This document shows positions 10,688-20,491 of a DNA stretch of 64,000 nucleotides, in pieces; position 1 is the first letter of the stretch, and each line of letters begins with the position of its first letter. The DNA comes from Bryobacterales bacterium. Its GTDB lineage: Bacteria > Acidobacteriota > Terriglobia > Bryobacterales > UBA6623. The translations under genes and the position numbers were made by a program. The stretch covers positions 462,096-526,095 of the forward strand of contig CBDBKU010000001.1 in NCBI GenBank assembly GCA_965206775.1. Direction: 5' to 3'. The notes below the pieces were generated by a model. That model was not told the DNA's origin, did not search any database, and was given only the letters and a program-made list of their open reading frames with translations.

Positions 10688-10912
10688 GAATCGGACCTTG
10701 CAGGGAACGTGCAGGACTGCTTCCCGCCAGCCCTGGATCGCCACGTCGCTCGGCCAATGGCTTCCGGCCGAGGTGATCATAGCCAGGATCGATTGTTCAT
10801 GTGCCCGATGGAAGCTTGGCGACGAAACGATCAAGGCCGGTCGGCGTTTGACGGCCCGGCGATCCGTGAAAGGAAAGGGGACGACGACCACATCGAGCGA
10901 CTCAAAGGTCAC
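10688..10912 (-). pseudogene. PemK/MazF-fold toxin, N-terminal fragment (gene split by IS66)
   Basis: ORF 10643..10912(-): MTFESLDVVVVPFPFTDRRAVKRRPALIVS...AMITS. The native frame ends at ..PCKVRF (10688), then runs 14 codons into the IS end. Confidence 0.8.
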
Positions 10913-11126
10913 GCCACGCCTCTTCGTCCTCGGGGGAGATCCACTCGCTCAGAACCCTGGAGAGGCCCCGCAGGTAGTTGTCCTGCCCTGGTGTCACCTT
11001 GCGTACCACCAGATGATCGCCCTCGATTTCGAAAGCGATTACATCGCCCTCCTCCAGGTGGGCCGCCTCACGGATGCCCTTGGGGATCGTCGTCTGTCCA
11101 CGTGCGGTGATCTTGGCGAGTTCCAT
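10902..11126 (-). CDS. AbrB/MazE/SpoVT-type antitoxin
   Basis: 74 aa (MELAKITARGQTTIPKGIREAAHLEEGDVIAFEIEGDHLVVRKV). 11-bp overlap with the start of the disrupted toxin gene. Confidence 0.8.
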   Translation of the reverse strand: MELAKITARGQTTIPKGIREAAHLEEGDVIAFEIEGDHLVVRKVTPGQDNYLRGLSRVLSEWISPEDEEAWRDL

Positions 11127-11357
11127 TTCCTTGCCGCAATGAAATTCTGACTATACAGATAGTAAGATCCAGCAAGGCAGAATGTGATCCCCTGCCGCCT
11201 GCCGTGCCCATTCAGTCCCCGTCGCTAGCCATCTCGCCGACCGCACGTCACTGCTCCCACACCGCCGACCCGGGGTCATTCGCTTGGCCACGAAGCGGCG
11301 GTTTCACCCATAGCCTACGATTCCGCGGAACTTGCATTGACGATCTAGCTGGTCATA

Positions 11358-11648
11358 TTGATGTATGACAATAGAGGGGTATTGCATACGACAGACCTGC
11401 GCAAGGTCGGCGGTTCCATCGTGCTTGCGGTACCCCCGGCCCTTCTCGACCTCCTGAAGCTCGGGGTCGGGATCAAGGTGGATATCGACCTGGAAAACGG
11501 TCGCCTGACAATTGAGCGCAAGGCATGTCCGAGCTACTCACTCGATGAGCTTCTGGCACAGTGCGGCGAGGCCGATGTCTTGTCCGCCGAGGACCGTGCG
11601 TGGGTTGACGCGAAGCCGGTTGGCAACGAGCTGATGGCAACGAGCTGA
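11358..11648 (+). CDS. MazE/PemI-like (AbrB-fold) antitoxin
   Basis: 96 aa. LRKVGGSIVLAVPPALLDLLKLGVGIKVDIDLENGRLTIE. Sits directly upstream of a MazF-like reading frame. Confidence 0.75.
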   Translation: MMYDNRGVLHTTDLRKVGGSIVLAVPPALLDLLKLGVGIKVDIDLENGRLTIERKACPSYSLDELLAQCGEADVLSAEDRAWVDAKPVGNELMATS

Positions 11649-11652
11649 TGTA

Positions 11653-11985
11653 GTGGAGCGGGCCGGGATCTGGCTTGTCAGCCTTGATCCCGCTGCCGGC
11701 CATGAACAGCGGGGCACCTAGACGGTACTGATCGTATCCCCTGCACCGTTCAACAAGCTGACTGGGATGCCGGTAGTCCTGCCCATCACCACGGGTGGGA
11801 GCTTCGCACGTAGGCGTGGCTTCGCAGTTTCTCTTGGCGGCGCAGGCACCGGAACGACAGGTGTGATCCGCTGCGACCAGCCTCGCGCCCTCGATCTCGG
11901 CGCCAGGAAGGGGAGTCACGTCGACATCGTTCCCGAGCAAGTCATGGACGAAGTGCTTGCCCGCCTCGCTACCATCTTTGAATAG
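11653..11985 (+). pseudogene. MazF/ChpB-like toxin with one in-frame amber codon
   Basis: From GTG 11653 the frame reads VERAGIWLVSLDPAAGHEQRGT, then TAG (11719-11721), then TVLIVSPAPFNKLTGMPVVLPITTGGSFARRRGFAVSLGG...VIRCDQPRALDLGARKG. The ORF track shows only the distal 72 aa (11767..11985). Confidence 0.75.
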
Positions 11986-12293
11986 ACTGCGTTACAGTGC
12001 TCAGGAAAAGCCCGTGCAACCAAGGGGCGCTATATTCGTGCGGACTCTCTCGATCGGCAGCCCTTGATACTCACCACTCCCTTGATAAGTATGCAAACCC
12101 GTGCTACTTGCTTGGCATTCACAAGTAACTTCTCTTCGGAATGTAAGTCAGAAATTCGAAATTAACTCTCGTTTCTGGGGTTTCAACTAGTTTATTTAAT
12201 CATTTAATTAGAGCGATTTATATGGATTCATATTCCTATTTTATCGCTAACAACGCCTCTTGTAACCCACTGCCATCCCCTATGTGCTAGGGA

Positions 12294-12488
12294 ATGGATA
12301 GTATAACGAACCTGCCCCGGACCCCCCGGAATTCCAAGCCCAATGGCCACCATCCCGACAAGGCCCTCTCGGCCGCCTTCGTGCGCTCGGCCCCGCCAGG
12401 GCGGCAGGTGGACGGCAACGGCTTGTACCTCTACGTCCAGCCGACCGGAACCTGCAGCGGGATTCAGCGGCTCGTCATCCGGGCCTGA
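12294..12488 (+). pseudogene. Tyrosine-integrase arm-binding (DUF4102-like) N-terminal fragment
   Basis: 64 aa. KALSAAFVRSAPPGRQVDGNGLYLYVQPTG resembles the N-terminus of P4-type integrases and of the intact integrase at 47783. No core-binding or catalytic domains follow. Confidence 0.5.
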
Positions 12489-12835
12489 AGAATGACATCA
12501 CGCTACGGAGCCTGCAGCGAGCGGCAGCTACAGTCGGGCGCCGAGTGAACATCGAACTGGCTCAGGAAGCCGCATCCCAAGTCAGGATGGCGCCCGAGTC
12601 GCTTGGAGTCGTTCCCCTCGGCCGGGCGGGTTCTGGCCAGTGGCGTCCAGGCCGACTCAGCATCCCGGCGTGCCGGAAAGGGAATCATTGGCCAGCGCCT
12701 CGCTGAAGTCGGCAGCCCAACATCGATCAGAGTCCTTACGTGCTGCTCGGCGGGGATGCGCCTGAGCCTCCCTGACCCTTCGCATCGAGGTAGTAAGGGC
12801 ATTGGCCGCGAGGCCGCGTATACTGCCGGTCATCG

Positions 12836-14212
12836 ATGCGATCGTCCCCCGGCACGCCCCGCTACCGGTTCTCCGGTCACACTCTGTCGCTCGCCCGCAG
12901 GACGCTCGTCCGCGACGGTCGGGAGTTGCCGTTGATCCCGCGCTGCTTCGACCTGCTCGTCCTGCTCATCGAACGGCGGAACGAGGCAGTGTCCAGGCGT
13001 GACATCCTCGACGCAGTCTGGAGCGACGTGGTGGTCACCGACGGTGCTCTGAGCCAGGCAGTCCGGATCCTTCGACGCACGCTCGGCGACGATCCGCGCG
13101 AGCCGACTTTCATCCGCACGGTGTCGCGGCACGGCTATCGCTTCGTCTGCGACGACGTCGTAGCAGAGCCGGACGAGGGACCGTCCGAGCCCGTGCGGGC
13201 CGCCACGCTGGAACCCGGCGCGAACGTCTCCTTCGACCAGGCCTTCGAGGCGTTGCTCGACGACGGTTCCGACGACGCCGAGAAAGCGGACGTCAGGCGG
13301 CGACAAGCCGCCGAGACTCTGCACCATCTGGGCACGGCGGAAGCTCTCGACCGGCTCAACCGCAGAAAGGGGCACGCCGTGGCCCGCGCTTACTTGCGCG
13401 AGACCCGCTGGGACGTCCCGGCTGCGGGGCCGGTTCCGCTGTTCGGGCATCCGGGTTGGCTTGCTGCTGCGAGAATTCTCTTCTTGCTTCGCGTCAGACG
13501 CGTGGCCGGGCTGGCCGGGCGCCGGTGGATGGCCTCGGCAGCCGGTGGAGCGGCCGCCGGGGCGATCGCCGGTTTCCTCGGCGGCCTCGTTCTCCGCTTC
13601 GGACCCGGGTCGACGGCGGGCAATGGCGTGCTGCCGATGCTGCCGCTTCTGGGAACGGCGATCGGCGGTGTCGCGGCCGCGGGGGTCGGGGCCGGTCTGG
13701 CTGCTGCGGAAGCCGCCTTTCGCGCGCGGCGGGGCCTGGCCCTCGCCGCAGCCGGGGCGTCGAGCGGTCTGGCGGTCGGCGCGACCGCCCACCTCCTGGG
13801 ACGCCTCGTGCTCGAGGGTCTGTTCGGTCAAGATCTCTCGCCGCTGACCGGCGCCGTGGAAGGTCTGGTCCTCGGTGGAGCGGTCGGGCTGGGATACGGG
13901 CTGGCCACGCCGACCCCAGAGGGCGGCATGGCCACCCCGCATGGGGTTGCCCGGGTTCGCGTCGCCCTCCTGACGGGGCTCGCCTGCGCGCTGGCCGCCG
14001 GGATGCTCGGTTGGAGCGGCCGCTTCTTAGGGGCGATGAGCCTCGATTTCATGGCGCAGAGCTTCCCCGGCTCGCAGGTCGCCCTCGCGCCATTGGCCCG
14101 CCTGCTCGGTGAGCACGAGCCGGGAGTCGTGACCAGGGTCGCGATCAGCGGCTTCGAGGGCCTGATGTTCGGCTCGGGCCTGGCCGCCGGGCTGACCAAG
14201 AGGCCCCGCTGA
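12836..14212 (+). CDS. Winged-helix (OmpR/PhoB-type DNA-binding domain) membrane-anchored regulator, CadC/ToxR-like
   Basis: 458 aa. LLVLLIERRNEAVSRRDILDAVWSDVVVTDGALSQAVRILRRTLGDDPREPTFIRTVSRHGYRF. The C-terminal half is Gly/Ala-rich with several hydrophobic helices. Confidence 0.7.
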   Translation: MRSSPGTPRYRFSGHTLSLARRTLVRDGRELPLIPRCFDLLVLLIERRNEAVSRRDILDAVWSDVVVTDGALSQAVRILRRTLGDDPREPTFIRTVSRHGYRFVCDDVVAEPDEGPSEPVRAATLEPGANVSFDQAFEALLDDGSDDAEKADVRRRQAAETLHHLGTAEALDRLNRRKGHAVARAYLRETRWDVPAAGPVPLFGHPGWLAAARILFLLRVRRVAGLAGRRWMASAAGGAAAGAIAGFLGGLVLRFGPGSTAGNGVLPMLPLLGTAIGGVAAAGVGAGLAAAEAAFRARRGLALAAAGASSGLAVGATAHLLGRLVLEGLFGQDLSPLTGAVEGLVLGGAVGLGYGLATPTPEGGMATPHGVARVRVALLTGLACALAAGMLGWSGRFLGAMSLDFMAQSFPGSQVALAPLARLLGEHEPGVVTRVAISGFEGLMFGSGLAAGLTKRPR

Positions 14213-14344
14213 GCCCGTTTCGGCCGCATTCAGCGGAATATCACCAAACCCTCACTTCTCGCTCATGTCTCCGGGCGGCCGTCTGCCGATACTGACCACG
14301 AGCGAATCCGATCGCGGCTCAGCCGCCGACAAGAAGCGAGAACG

Positions 14345-14899
14345 ATGGCGTTACGACATTCCCTCCGGCCCGCCCCCCAATCCGCCTGGGCCGTCGCCCA
14401 CGAGCGCCTGGCGCTCGGGACCCGAGAGCCCCAGCAGTTCATCGACATCACCGACCGGGTGCTCTGTTGCGCGCGCCTCTCCGGCGTCAGCGACGGCATG
14501 GTGACGGTGCAGTCTCTGCACACCACGGCTGCGATCTTGGTCAACGAGAACGAGCCCCTCCTGCTCGACGACCTGGGTCGGGTCCTTGCCACCTGGGCGC
14601 CGGCCGACGCGCGATACTCCCACGACGATTTCGAGCGCCGGACGGCCAACATGACACCCGACGAGCGGCCCAACGGCCACGCCCATGCACGTGCGATGGC
14701 CCTGCAGACCTCGACCACGCTGGCGGTGATCGGCGGCGAGGTCCAGCTCGGCACGTGGCAGCGGATCTTCCTGGTCGAACTCGACGGACCGCGCTCGCGC
14801 GAGGTCGTCGTCACCGCAGCAGGCCTCCTGGGAGCCTGGCCGCGGCAGCGCCCCGTCCTGCGCTCGGTGCTGCCGGAGCTCGTCGAGGAGCCAGCGTGA
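14345..14899 (+). CDS. yjbQ: YjbQ family (UPF0047, secondary thiamine-phosphate synthase) protein
   Basis: 184 aa. FIDITDRV, HTTAAILVNENE, NGHAHARA, LGTWQRIFLVELDGPRSREVVV. Confidence 0.8.
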   Translation: MALRHSLRPAPQSAWAVAHERLALGTREPQQFIDITDRVLCCARLSGVSDGMVTVQSLHTTAAILVNENEPLLLDDLGRVLATWAPADARYSHDDFERRTANMTPDERPNGHAHARAMALQTSTTLAVIGGEVQLGTWQRIFLVELDGPRSREVVVTAAGLLGAWPRQRPVLRSVLPELVEEPA

Positions 14900-16332
14900 A
14901 GGTCAAGATGATCCTCCCGGCGCTGACCGAAGCGAAGAGCCCCTTCTTCCGTCCGATCAAGTACTCGCTATTCCCCCCGCTGGGACTGGCGACGCTCGCA
15001 GGGTACCTGCGCGACGACGATGAGGTCGTCATGCAGGACGAGCACGTGGAAAAGCTCGAGCTGGACGACGAGCCGGACCTGGTCGTGATCCAAGTCTACA
15101 TTACCTCCGCCCGACGGGCCTACGAACTCGCCGATCGCTACCGCCGCAAGGGTGCCTGGGTCGCGCTCGGCGGCCTTCACGTGACATCGCTCCCCGAGGA
15201 GGCCACGCACCATGCGGACAGCATCTTCCTCGGCCCGGGCGAGGACACCTGGCCCGTATTTCTCGACGACTTTCGCGCCGGCCGTCCGAAGCCGCTCTAC
15301 CGCTCGACGGTGCGTACGCTGGACAGTCTTCCAAGCATCCGGCGCGACCTGATCAAGCGCTCGCACTACCTCGTGCCGAACTCGATCGTTGTTTCCCGCG
15401 GCTGCCCGCACGTCTGCGACTTTTGCTACAAGCAGGCTTTCTTCGATGGCGGCCGCGGCTTCTATACGCAGAGGGTCGAGGACGCTCTGGCCGAGATCGA
15501 GCGGCTGCCGGGACGCCACCTCTACTTCCTTGACGACCATCTGCTCGGAAACGCCCGCTTCGCCTCGGATCTGTTCGAAGGGATGAGTGGGATGGGACGG
15601 TTATGGCAAGCGGCTGGCACCGTCCAGTCTGTGCTTCGTGCGGGATTGCTCGAGCAGGCGGTGGCGGCCGGGCTGCGCAGCCTCTTCGTCGGCTTCGAGA
15701 CACTGAATCCAGATAGCCTGAAGGCCCAACGCAAGTACCAGAACCTGCGCCGCGACTACGGAGCGGCGGTGCGACGTCTGCACGACCTTGGCGTAATGGT
15801 CAACGGCAGCTTCGTCTTCGGCATGGATGAGGACGACCCGTCCGTTTTCGAGCGGACCGTCGAGTGGGCGATCCGGCACGGTATCGAGACGGCGACGTTT
15901 CACATCCTCACGCCTTACCCGGGCACTGCGCTTTACCAGCGCATGGAGGCCGAAGGCCGGTTGCTCCACCGCGACTGGGATCTCTACGACACGCGCCACG
16001 TCGTCTTCCGCACCCGCGGCATGAGCGCCGAGGTGCTGGAGTCCGGCTATTGGCGGGCCTACCGCGACTTCTACCGCTGGGGCTCCATCCTGCGCGGCGC
16101 GTTGAGCAAGGGCCATCCCGTTGCCGCGTTCCGCCACTGCGCCTACGCCGCCGGCTGGAAGAAGTTCGAGCCGCTCTGGGACTGGGCCATTCGCACCCGG
16201 CAGGTGCTACGCATGCGTCCCGCCTTGGAGCAGATCCTGCGAGGCTTCGGCCGGCAAGCGGAGCACGCCACGCCTCGCCGCGACACTGGCGCCCCGCGCG
16301 AGCCCGGGACCGCCCGGCGTGAGGCGGCGTGA
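14896..16332 (+). CDS. B12-binding domain-containing radical SAM protein
   Basis: GTG 14896 overlaps the yjbQ stop (GTGA). N-terminal B12-binding-like domain and cluster motif CPHVCDFC. The 143-aa Arg/Pro-rich extension of track ORF 14467.. overlaps yjbQ and was trimmed. Confidence 0.85.
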   Translation: MKVKMILPALTEAKSPFFRPIKYSLFPPLGLATLAGYLRDDDEVVMQDEHVEKLELDDEPDLVVIQVYITSARRAYELADRYRRKGAWVALGGLHVTSLPEEATHHADSIFLGPGEDTWPVFLDDFRAGRPKPLYRSTVRTLDSLPSIRRDLIKRSHYLVPNSIVVSRGCPHVCDFCYKQAFFDGGRGFYTQRVEDALAEIERLPGRHLYFLDDHLLGNARFASDLFEGMSGMGRLWQAAGTVQSVLRAGLLEQAVAAGLRSLFVGFETLNPDSLKAQRKYQNLRRDYGAAVRRLHDLGVMVNGSFVFGMDEDDPSVFERTVEWAIRHGIETATFHILTPYPGTALYQRMEAEGRLLHRDWDLYDTRHVVFRTRGMSAEVLESGYWRAYRDFYRWGSILRGALSKGHPVAAFRHCAYAAGWKKFEPLWDWAIRTRQVLRMRPALEQILRGFGRQAEHATPRRDTGAPREPGTARREAA

Positions 16333-16333
16333 G

Positions 16334-17122
16334 ATGGATCGACCGGCAAACGGCGGCCTGCACGTGGGCTTGATCATGGATGGCAATGGCCGCTGGGCCC
16401 GCGCCCGCGGGCTGCCTCGGACGGAGGGTCACGGGCGCGGGGCCGACGCCGTGCGACGCGTTGTGGAAGCGGCACCTGGGCTCGGCATCACGACGCTGAC
16501 GCTCTACGCCTTTTCTGCCGACAACTGGCAACGGCCAGCTGCCGAGGTGTCAACGCTAATGACGTTGCTGGAGTCCTTTCTCGTCCGGGAGCGCATCAAC
16601 TGTCGCCGGCAGGGCGTGCGGCTCGCATTGATCGGCCGGCGAGACCGCCTGTCTCCCGCGCTGACTCGTGCGATCGAGGAGACGGAGCGCGCGACACGCG
16701 AGGGTACCCGGCTCTACCTGCGGTTGGCTGTGGACTACTCGGCACGCTCGGCGATCCTTGCCGCGGCAGGCACGCTGAGGTCGGACGAATGCTGCGACGA
16801 GCACAGCTTCCTGCGACAGGTCAACCGCGCGTGTCACTCCGATCCGGAAACACCGTCGGTCGATCTCGTGATCCGCACGAGCGGCGAGCAGCGCCTGAGC
16901 GACTTCCTGCTATTCGAGTCGGCCTATGCAGAGCTCTTGTTCATCGAAACGTTGTGGCCGGACTTCGGCGGCGAGGATCTGCGCCGGGCGGTCGAGGCGT
17001 TTCGGCGCCGCGAGCGTCGCTACGGGGGCCTCACCCCGGAAAAAGGTGATCCGGGCGGCGAATTGCCTCTGCGGAATACCGAGGTATGTAACGCCCAGCT
17101 GCCAACTAGGGGGCTCCGATGA
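16334..17122 (+). CDS. uppS: Undecaprenyl-diphosphate synthase (cis-prenyltransferase)
   Basis: ATG 16334 lies one base after the radical SAM stop. [36 protein letters not shown]. The track ORF start at 16121 was trimmed. Confidence 0.85.
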   Translation: MDRPANGGLHVGLIMDGNGRWARARGLPRTEGHGRGADAVRRVVEAAPGLGITTLTLYAFSADNWQRPAAEVSTLMTLLESFLVRERINCRRQGVRLALIGRRDRLSPALTRAIEETERATREGTRLYLRLAVDYSARSAILAAAGTLRSDECCDEHSFLRQVNRACHSDPETPSVDLVIRTSGEQRLSDFLLFESAYAELLFIETLWPDFGGEDLRRAVEAFRRRERRYGGLTPEKGDPGGELPLRNTEVCNAQLPTRGLR

Positions 17123-17721
17123 TCGAGGCTTGCTTGTTGAATTTCTGACTATTTCGACGAAACAGCGCGAAGATTTTTCGAATTGAATCGTTTTCGGATT
17201 CTGTGAAGGGCGAGTTAGTTCGATACGCACGGTGGCGGAGGAGGAAGCCCTCTACCGCCTCCGCCACGCAATTTTGGTGGTCGCAGCCGCAGAGCCACTA
17301 TCCAGCCGCTGCAGGCCATTCGAGCACCGCCCTTGCTCTTCCTGCGGTAGCGGATCTACTTGAAACAATGGGCGTGCGTCTGCACGGAATAGCGCGTTGT
17401 CTCACGTACGTCCGTGTGTGAAAAGCAACAAATGGTAGCAGATACGGCCGCTGGCCCGATTCGCGCGCTGCGAGTCCGGAGGTGATTGCGCTGGCTCGCC
17501 AGGGCCATGGATCTCCTCGTCCGGACCGGACAGGACCGAACCATGGCGTTCCTGGCAGCAGGCCCACCCCGTCCACTGCCATCGCGGGTTTGTGCCGGAA
17601 TACGTCGACCGGCGGAGGGGCGGAATCGACGTCACGGATCTCGGATAGGGAGGTCACAGCGGAAACGTCGCGGCGGCATAAGAGATGTTGCGCTCTTCTC
17701 TCTATGCAGCGAGCCGGCCGG

Positions 17722-18114
17722 CTACTTGCGATACACCGGTTCAAGATCCGTCAACATGGGATAGCGCTTGACGTTGAGGGTCTTGAGCTCCACGTCCTCC
17801 CCGGTGGCGGTAGCCGCAATGATGGCGTCAGCCAGACCGACGCCATGCGACTTTCCGTAGTCGCGCCTGTAGAGCCCACCGAGACGGGCGATTTCGTCAT
17901 TGACGGGAACGACCCTGAACAGCGCAAGAAGGTTCTCCAGCACGAACTGCTCGGCACCGCCCGTTCTGCCTCTCACGCTCGCGAAGAGCTCGGCGACGAC
18001 GCCAGCCGACACCATGATGCGCTTCGAGTTAATGGTGACGAAAGACGTGGCCTTGTCATGACCCCGCAGGAAATCGATCAACACATCGGCGTCGAGCAGG
18101 ATGGGTTTCGACAT
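17722..18114 (-). CDS. vapC: PIN-domain toxin (VapC family)
   Basis: 130 aa. LLDADVLIDFL and GLADAIIAATA motifs. Preceded by a ribbon-helix-helix (RHH) antitoxin gene. Confidence 0.85.
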   Translation of the reverse strand: MSKPILLDADVLIDFLRGHDKATSFVTINSKRIMVSAGVVAELFASVRGRTGGAEQFVLENLLALFRVVPVNDEIARLGGLYRRDYGKSHGVGLADAIIAATATGEDVELKTLNVKRYPMLTDLEPVYRK

Positions 18115-18118
18115 TCGT

Positions 18119-18352
18119 TCAATCCCGGTCCCATCCGCGCCGTAGCGCGTCGAGGTTGGGAAGCTCGGCGCGATCGCGCCAGATCCCGGCTGCCTCCCGA
18201 AGGATCTCCTCCCGCCGCTGGCGGCTCTTCTGCTCGATGAACCGGTCGACGGCCTCGCGAATGACCTCGCTCTTGCGACGACCGCTGTGGTTGGCGATGG
18301 CGGCGATCTCGCCGCGCTGGTGTTCCGTCAGGTAGATCTGTGTCCGCACCAT
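18119..18352 (-). CDS. Ribbon-helix-helix (CopG/VapB-type) antitoxin
   Basis: 77 aa. MVRTQIYLTEHQRGEIAAIA...SEVIREAVDRFI. Ends 4 nt before the PIN gene start. Confidence 0.8.
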   Translation of the reverse strand: MVRTQIYLTEHQRGEIAAIANHSGRRKSEVIREAVDRFIEQKSRQRREEILREAAGIWRDRAELPNLDALRRGWDRD

Positions 18353-18418
18353 GTCGGCCCCCTACTGTATTCACCAGCATTAAACATTGCATGGCCCAAT
18401 CCCAAGGATGCTGGTCCG

Positions 18419-19252
18419 TCAGTTAGCGTACCCGTCGAACCGGACCCAGAAGAACAGCGAGTAGAGAATCGGGACCACGCCGAGGGTTAGGACCGTCGCT
18501 CCCAGCAGGCCAAAGATGATGGCGATGGCCATCGGCTCCCACATCGGGCCCCACCGCCTCGCTCGCGGCCGACGCCAGGCCGAGGCGCCACGCCAGGTTA
18601 CACGGACGACGCCAGGTGTAGGCTCGTCATGCAGCAGTTCGGCCTCGGTCATCACGCGCCAGTACGGATGGACGCCGATCGCCCACGCCGGACGTCGACC
18701 GGCAGGCTGCCGGCGTCCTCGCCGGCGGGAATCCGCTGCACCTCCAGCGCGGCCCGCCGCCCGACCCGTCGCATGTCGGTATCGACGTAGAGGCTCTCCA
18801 GCAGGCTTCGATCGACCTCGCTCCCCCCAGTAGGAGAAGGCAGGCAGGTGGCGGTCTATCAGCACGCGGACGAGCCGGTCCAACTCGCTTGCCGAAAGCT
18901 GGGGCAACAGAGTCAGGTAGACCTCCTCCGAGGCGGTCGCCAACGCCGCTAGCGTGGCGTCGATTGAGGTGCCGACGCGGACGATCGTCGCTTCGCGGCC
19001 CACCTGCTGCACACCGCGCCGGAGGTTCGCCTCCAGCACTGGCATCGCCGCCAGCAGCGCCTCGTTCGCCACGTACGTCAGGCGGCGAAACGGAGCCACT
19101 TCCTGCAGGCGCCGGATCGCACCTTCGTCCGTCCGGTCACCAGCGAAGGTGATGTAGGCGAGGTTCTCGACTCCGCTCACCCGCTCACCAGCCGCGGTCG
19201 ACGCGATCGGGAACCCCTGCGCCTCCTGGTTGAGCACGAACGCCGCCATCAC
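18419..19252 (-). pseudogene. Fused gene remnants (ABC substrate-binding-protein fragment + RND efflux pump terminal helix)
   Basis: A single 277-aa ORF. The first ~145 aa resemble an ABC-transporter substrate-binding protein. The last ~35 aa (MAIAIIFGLLGATVLTLGVVPILYSLFF) look like the final TM helix of an AcrB-type pump. The middle is Arg/Pro-rich filler. Confidence 0.4.
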
Positions 19253-19526
19253 CGGCTTTGGCAGCCCGCCCCGTTGATCGCGTGGCTCGACGCCACCGGC
19301 CCGAACGTCAGCACGATGTCGATGTCCGGGTCCGCGAGGAGGGTTCTCGGGCTCGTCGATGTCGCCAGCGGAGGGAGGCTCGGGTGGGAAGCGAACCTAG
19401 GAATAGAGAATTTGCAGGCCTTCTTGTGATTTTCCTATATTACTGATTACAAAAAGGTTATGGATAAATCAAGAAATACTTGGGATCGCCTTGGACCACA
19501 CTAGCATGATGTAACCAAGCACTCAA

Positions 19527-20000
19527 TTGGTTGCTAGAGCCCTGTCACACATGAGAAAGTTGGCCGAGTGGAGGAAAGGACCGATCAAGTTTGGGATCTT
19601 ATCGACCTCGCAAGTGCTCGTCGTCGCTGCATTGGAATCACCGCATCAACTCCATACCAGAGGAGACGCCAGCCGCCGATGGTTCCTGAACCCATGCAGC
19701 ATGGGCAAGGCGATCCTCGCGGCGCTGCCGGACGAGGAAGTCCACAGCATCGTGTTGGACCGGGGCCTGGCTCGCTCTACGGAACGAACGGCTACGATGG
19801 AGCCGGCATTCCGGCGGCTGTCGGCACAGATTCGCAAGAATGATCATTCAGTCGACTGGGAACAGAACGAGCCCGGGGCAATGTGCCGCGGCCAGCGCTT
19901 CGGACACCGCGTGACATGCGCTTTGGGCAATCAGGATCACGTGGCCCAGCGTGCGGACAACCGAGCAGAATGTTGCGGAGCATGGGGTCAAAGTCGCTGA
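19527..20000 (+). pseudogene. IclR-family regulator fragment (effector domain only)
   Basis: 157 aa. SMGKAILAALPDEEV-type IclR C-domain pattern. No N-terminal HTH. Confidence 0.35.
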
Positions 20001-20073
20001 GACGGCCCAGGCCGGCTCCGAATCACTACCAACGATGGGAGGCCTCGATAACGACTCGCTTGGTGAGAAAGCC

Positions 20074-20454
20074 ATGACAAGGCACGACACCGCCGGAATT
20101 GTCCCTCCGATCATTACGCCTGTCGATGCGGAAGGGAACGTCAGTGAAAGGCTGCACCGGGCCGAGGTGCGTCAGATGCTCTCGGCCGAGGTGCACGGAC
20201 TTGCGGTGTGCGGCAGCAGCGGGGAAGCGCACACCGCGACCACAGACGAGACCTTGAGAATCACAGCCTCCACGACGGAAGACGTGGAAGGACAGATTCC
20301 GGTCACGACTGGAATCATCAGCAACAGCACGCTGGCAGTGATCGAAGGGGGAGAGCAGCGGCCGATCTCGCGGTGGCGGCCTTGCAGGTGGCTCCATGCA
20401 CTATCTGTCCCGTCCGGACGACGGCGCGATGTCGCGGCGTTTCAATCTGTTTGA
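20074..20454 (+). pseudogene. DapA/dihydrodipicolinate-synthase-family aldolase, N-terminal fragment
   Basis: From ATG 20074: GIVPPIITPVDAEGNV, VHGLAVCGSSGEAHTATTDE. The sequence degenerates after ~95 aa. Confidence 0.4.
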
Positions 20455-20491
20455 TTGAAGCTGGTTCTTATCGAAGCAGAAATTCAGCCCG

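Noticed and set aside
8776-11110. Very long ORFs overlapping the IS66 transposase: 8776..9759(-), 8832..10064(-), 9005..11110(+), 10068..10646(-).
   Set aside because: Their products are Arg/Pro/Ala/Gly-rich with no motifs. They lie antisense or out of frame to a transposase that has clear family signatures. They are typical shadow ORFs of high-GC DNA.
12830-13942. A 370-aa ORF antisense to the winged-helix regulator gene.
   Set aside because: It has no recognisable domains, and the plus-strand frame carries a clear OmpR/PhoB-type DNA-binding domain.
14467-14895. N-terminal extensions of track ORFs: 14467.. (radical SAM), 16121.. (uppS), 32034.. (sulfatase), 37147.. (GH42-like), 739..2160 (FGE) and 57087 (helicase).
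   Set aside because: The extensions overlap upstream genes or are Arg/Pro-rich. Internal starts give proper signal peptides or family N-termini.
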